A stretch of DNA of 64,000 nucleotides from NCBI GenBank assembly GCA_965204745.1, contig OZ242010.1:2400001-2464000 (forward strand), in the 5' to 3' direction. Each line of letters opens with the position of its first letter. The first letter of the stretch is position 1. Below, one piece after another: positions 61,006 to 64,000 of this stretch. The position numbers and the translations under genes are program-made. The notes beneath the pieces were generated by a model. It saw nothing but the letters and a program-made list of their open reading frames with translations. It made no database searches and had not been told where the DNA came from. This stretch comes from Candidatus Latescibacterota bacterium. Lineage in GTDB: Bacteria > Latescibacterota > UBA2968.

Positions 61006-61644
61006 ATGACAGCATCAAAACTCAACTCCGAGTCCTTAGTGGCTCGCATCATCAAAGAACTTCAGGCCAACCCCGATGCTCAGACCCTCTTGTTGCGTGC
61101 GTTGCTCACCAACGAATTTCTCGGCATACCCATACGCTTGGAGCGCGTCGAAGCCGACATTGTAGAACTCAAAGCCGATGTCGCTCAACTCAAAACCGAT
61201 GTCGCGGTGCTCAAGGAGGATGTTTTGGAAATGAAACTCCACCGAAGGATTCGGCCGCTTCTCAGTCAGCGGCTCAACCTTCGCAAGGCGCGGATGATGC
61301 AAAGCCCTGTGCAAGACACCAGTCCCGAACTTTTCGAGCCGGTTGATGATGCCTTCGACAAGGGCATCATCACCGACCCGCAGGAAACCCGGATCAGTGA
61401 AACGGACCTCATTCTTCGCGCACAGCGCAAAGATGATCGCGTCGTGGTCTGGGTGGCTGTCGAAGTGTCCAATGACATCGGTCAGCGCGACATTGAGCGA
61501 GCGCGTCAGGCCGCCGATGCCTTGAGCGTCGTATTCCCCCAAGACGCCCTGGCTGTCGTTGCAGGCTATCGCATTCATCCCCAAGACCAAGTGCGAGCGG
61601 ATACCACAGATGTTCATGCCCTCCTCATTGAGGAGAACAGCTAG
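61006..61644 (+). CDS. Coiled-coil protein with a possible C-terminal PD-(D/E)XK-like domain
   Basis: Heptads LKADVAQLKTDVAVLK; ETDLILRA...VAVEVS...DIERA. Confidence 0.55.
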   Translation: MTASKLNSESLVARIIKELQANPDAQTLLLRALLTNEFLGIPIRLERVEADIVELKADVAQLKTDVAVLKEDVLEMKLHRRIRPLLSQRLNLRKARMMQSPVQDTSPELFEPVDDAFDKGIITDPQETRISETDLILRAQRKDDRVVVWVAVEVSNDIGQRDIERARQAADALSVVFPQDALAVVAGYRIHPQDQVRADTTDVHALLIEENS

Positions 61645-61673
61645 AAACGGGTGTTTTTCATCTCGGCGCACCG

Positions 61674-63074
61674 ATGATGTTTTGCCGGAACACGCGGACG
61701 AATGCAGAGGAGCTCACAGGGATGTTCTTAAAAGCGTTACAGAGTCGCGGGGCCATTGTCGTCTGGGCAGACAGGGCATCCTATTGGATTTTTGTGTTGC
61801 TCTTGGGCTACATCTCCCTCGTGCCTTTCTACTACCTGCAACCCCTGTCGCTGGAAAGGGTTTCGTTCCATTTTTTTAAGTATTTGCCCTTTTTGCTCTG
61901 CGTCGCCCTAACCGTAGCGCGGTTGATCGTTATACGACAGTGGCGCGGGATGGTGGATAAAACGGATTGGGCGATGGGGGTCTATCTCCTCTGTTGTTGC
62001 TCGAGCTTAATCGGGGCTAAGTATCCCGGGATTGGCGCGGCTAAACTCATCTACTACTCGGTTACGGGCATATACATGTTTTACATCGCGCAAAGTTTTG
62101 ACGCTGCTACTCTGTACAAAATTCTGCGCTGGGTCGCTTGGTTCAGCGGGTGCGTTGCCATCTATGGCGTCGTTTCGTACCTCGTCGGCACGGATTTTCT
62201 TTGGGACAGATGGCGCGATGCCACGCATTATTATGGTGGACCGTATAGGCTATCTTCGACTCTCGGCAATCCGATGTTCTTGGGCGGATTTATCTGCCTG
62301 ACCGCCCCTATTTTGGTCGGCGAGATCTTTGTCGCCCGTGTAAACCTGTACCGGGCCTTGGTTTTCGTTGGGGTAATGGCAATGGCGATAAGCCTGATGC
62401 TGACGGTGACTCGAAGTGCCTGGGTCGCCGCTGTTTTTATGACCGCGTTGTGGCTTGGCTTATGCAGATACCCGTGCAGGGCCGTTCAGATCGGTATTGG
62501 AGTCGTTGCTTCCGTTTTGCTACTGGCACCTGTGGTTAGCCTTTCGGTCCCCGAGAAGATAACTCAAACGACGGAGTACATCGGGAATAGGATTGGGTCC
62601 ACTGGGCTTGACAATGACACTATCTGGCTACGATTAAAGATGTTAGAGATCGGGGCTACTGAAATTGTCAGTCAGCCACTGTTGGGTCTGGGGTTTGGCA
62701 ATTTTACGCGGGTCTTTGTCGAACGACATCAAAGGGCCTATGAGTCGTACCAAAGGACCTTTCGGACTGATACATCCATTTCCAAAGACCACTCGTTGGA
62801 GAATATGTACCTTATGTTCACGGTTGAGACGGGATTGGTCAGTTTGGGGGCAATGCTATTTTTTTTGTACAAGCGTCTTGCCTGCCTCCGCCATGTTTTC
62901 AGCGTGACCGAAGATCGACAGCAACTGCTCGCTCTACTGGCGATCTTCATCGGAGTATGCGGTTTTTTGTTGCAAATTTTGGCTTGGGATGGGCTGAACC
63001 AACCTGCTACGAGGATTCTCTTTTGGAGTTTGTTGGGAACGGCCTGCGGCATTGCTCGATATACCAACGATTGA
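61674..63074 (+). CDS. O-antigen ligase family protein
   Basis: RLSSTLGNP, TVTRSAW, PLLGLGFGNF, HSLENMYL..VETG; start position uncertain. Confidence 0.85.
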   Translation: MMFCRNTRTNAEELTGMFLKALQSRGAIVVWADRASYWIFVLLLGYISLVPFYYLQPLSLERVSFHFFKYLPFLLCVALTVARLIVIRQWRGMVDKTDWAMGVYLLCCCSSLIGAKYPGIGAAKLIYYSVTGIYMFYIAQSFDAATLYKILRWVAWFSGCVAIYGVVSYLVGTDFLWDRWRDATHYYGGPYRLSSTLGNPMFLGGFICLTAPILVGEIFVARVNLYRALVFVGVMAMAISLMLTVTRSAWVAAVFMTALWLGLCRYPCRAVQIGIGVVASVLLLAPVVSLSVPEKITQTTEYIGNRIGSTGLDNDTIWLRLKMLEIGATEIVSQPLLGLGFGNFTRVFVERHQRAYESYQRTFRTDTSISKDHSLENMYLMFTVETGLVSLGAMLFFLYKRLACLRHVFSVTEDRQQLLALLAIFIGVCGFLLQILAWDGLNQPATRILFWSLLGTACGIARYTND

Positions 63075-63092
63075 TTTTAGGACATATAAACT

Positions 63093-64000
63093 ATGAAACT
63101 GGCATTCTGGATGCTTGCCATCATAATTCTGCTCAACCTGAACGGCGCGGTTTATCTGGTATTTGAAAAGCCGCGAATGTTCACCCCCATAATAGCTATC
63201 TGCTGTTTGATCCTGATTCAGGCATGTCTGCACAGCGTTTCATTGAAAAAAGCCCTTGGAATTTCCGGATTTTTGATCGTCGCGGCTTTGGTATCCTATC
63301 TCTATATAAGTTGTTTCATGGCCTTTGTTAATGCCTCTTGGGAAAAGGGCTATTCCGCTGGAATTCTGATAGGACATCTCTTTTCTGTTATTACAATCAT
63401 CGCTGTTGCTATTGGCGGGCGGGTGGTGATTCGCCAAGCAGGCCCTGAGCCTGTACTAAAAGCAATCCTCGTATTACTGACCTTAGATGGCATTCTTATC
63501 TTGGCATCTTCCAGAATATACGACAACACTAATCTAGAACGGACTCATCCAGACCAGCAATTTGGCCCGTTCTTAGATCCCAACGGCGCAGGACTTATTG
63601 GATGCGCGACGATCGTACTGGCCCTATCGTTCTTTAGTCTGAAGCAACATCGAAAGTTTGCTTACTTGGCTTTAACCGTGGGCGTATTGACAATCATTGA
63701 AACAGGCTCTCGATCAGCTATAATCTCTTTTATATTTTTTATTCTATATTCTATATTCTATAATTTCGGCGTACTAAGATTCGTTCTCAAAGGGTCTGTC
63801 TTTATGATCTTGTGTTGCATCCTTTTCCTGTCCCAGTCTCAATTGTACGGATTAGCGAGGTTAAGTTTGTCAGGAACATCAGAGGATTATTCGACACATC
63901 TACGTTTGGAGATTTTGCCTTTGGCTTTGGAGCAAATATTTGAATCCCCCATCTTTGGTCTCGGTATCGGGAAAATGTATAGCGTTGAGAACGCGCCTCC
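63093..64000 (+). CDS. O-antigen ligase/polymerase family protein (runs off the window edge)
   Basis: Hand translation MKLAFWMLAII...GPFLDPNGAG...TGSRSA...SPIFGLGIG; lower GC than the rest of the window. Confidence 0.75.
   Translation, partial: MKLAFWMLAIIILLNLNGAVYLVFEKPRMFTPIIAICCLILIQACLHSVSLKKALGISGFLIVAALVSYLYISCFMAFVNASWEKGYSAGILIGHLFSVITIIAVAIGGRVVIRQAGPEPVLKAILVLLTLDGILILASSRIYDNTNLERTHPDQQFGPFLDPNGAGLIGCATIVLALSFFSLKQHRKFAYLALTVGVLTIIETGSRSAIISFIFFILYSIFYNFGVLRFVLKGSVFMILCCILFLSQSQLYGLARLSLSGTSEDYSTHLRLEILPLALEQIFESPIFGLGIGKMYSVENAP

Overview
A GC-rich bacterial window. The gene content (FN3/cadherin-like surface protein, several sulfatase and PhyH genes, C25 peptidase with an FlgD-Ig-type C-terminus) suggests an FCB-group host-associated or marine lineage, but this is inference only. 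The backbone is ordinary: tmRNA, tRNA-Phe, queC, hemJ, dusA, catabolic enzymes, ABC components, an NtrC-type two-component system and O-antigen ligases. Five accessory elements stand out. (1) An orphan set of five 37-bp-type CRISPR-like repeats (36.4-40.45 kb) whose intervals hold one normal 35-bp spacer, a small membrane-protein gene, a three-gene enzyme cassette including a UGA selenoprotein missed by the ORF track, and a promoter-driven tRNA-mimic RNA with no anticodon or CCA. (2) A 10.4-kb tandem array of nine mosaic, module-shuffled exported paralogues with hypervariable loops. (3) Three Bdr-like coiled-coil genes that vary in 7/11/18-aa repeat units, one carrying a toxin-antitoxin pair. 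(4) A gene-less IS605 derivative that keeps a TnpB omega-RNA-like end. (5) An AAA-ATPase/RloB (AbiL-like) defence pair. All calls were made by eye and no database searches were run.
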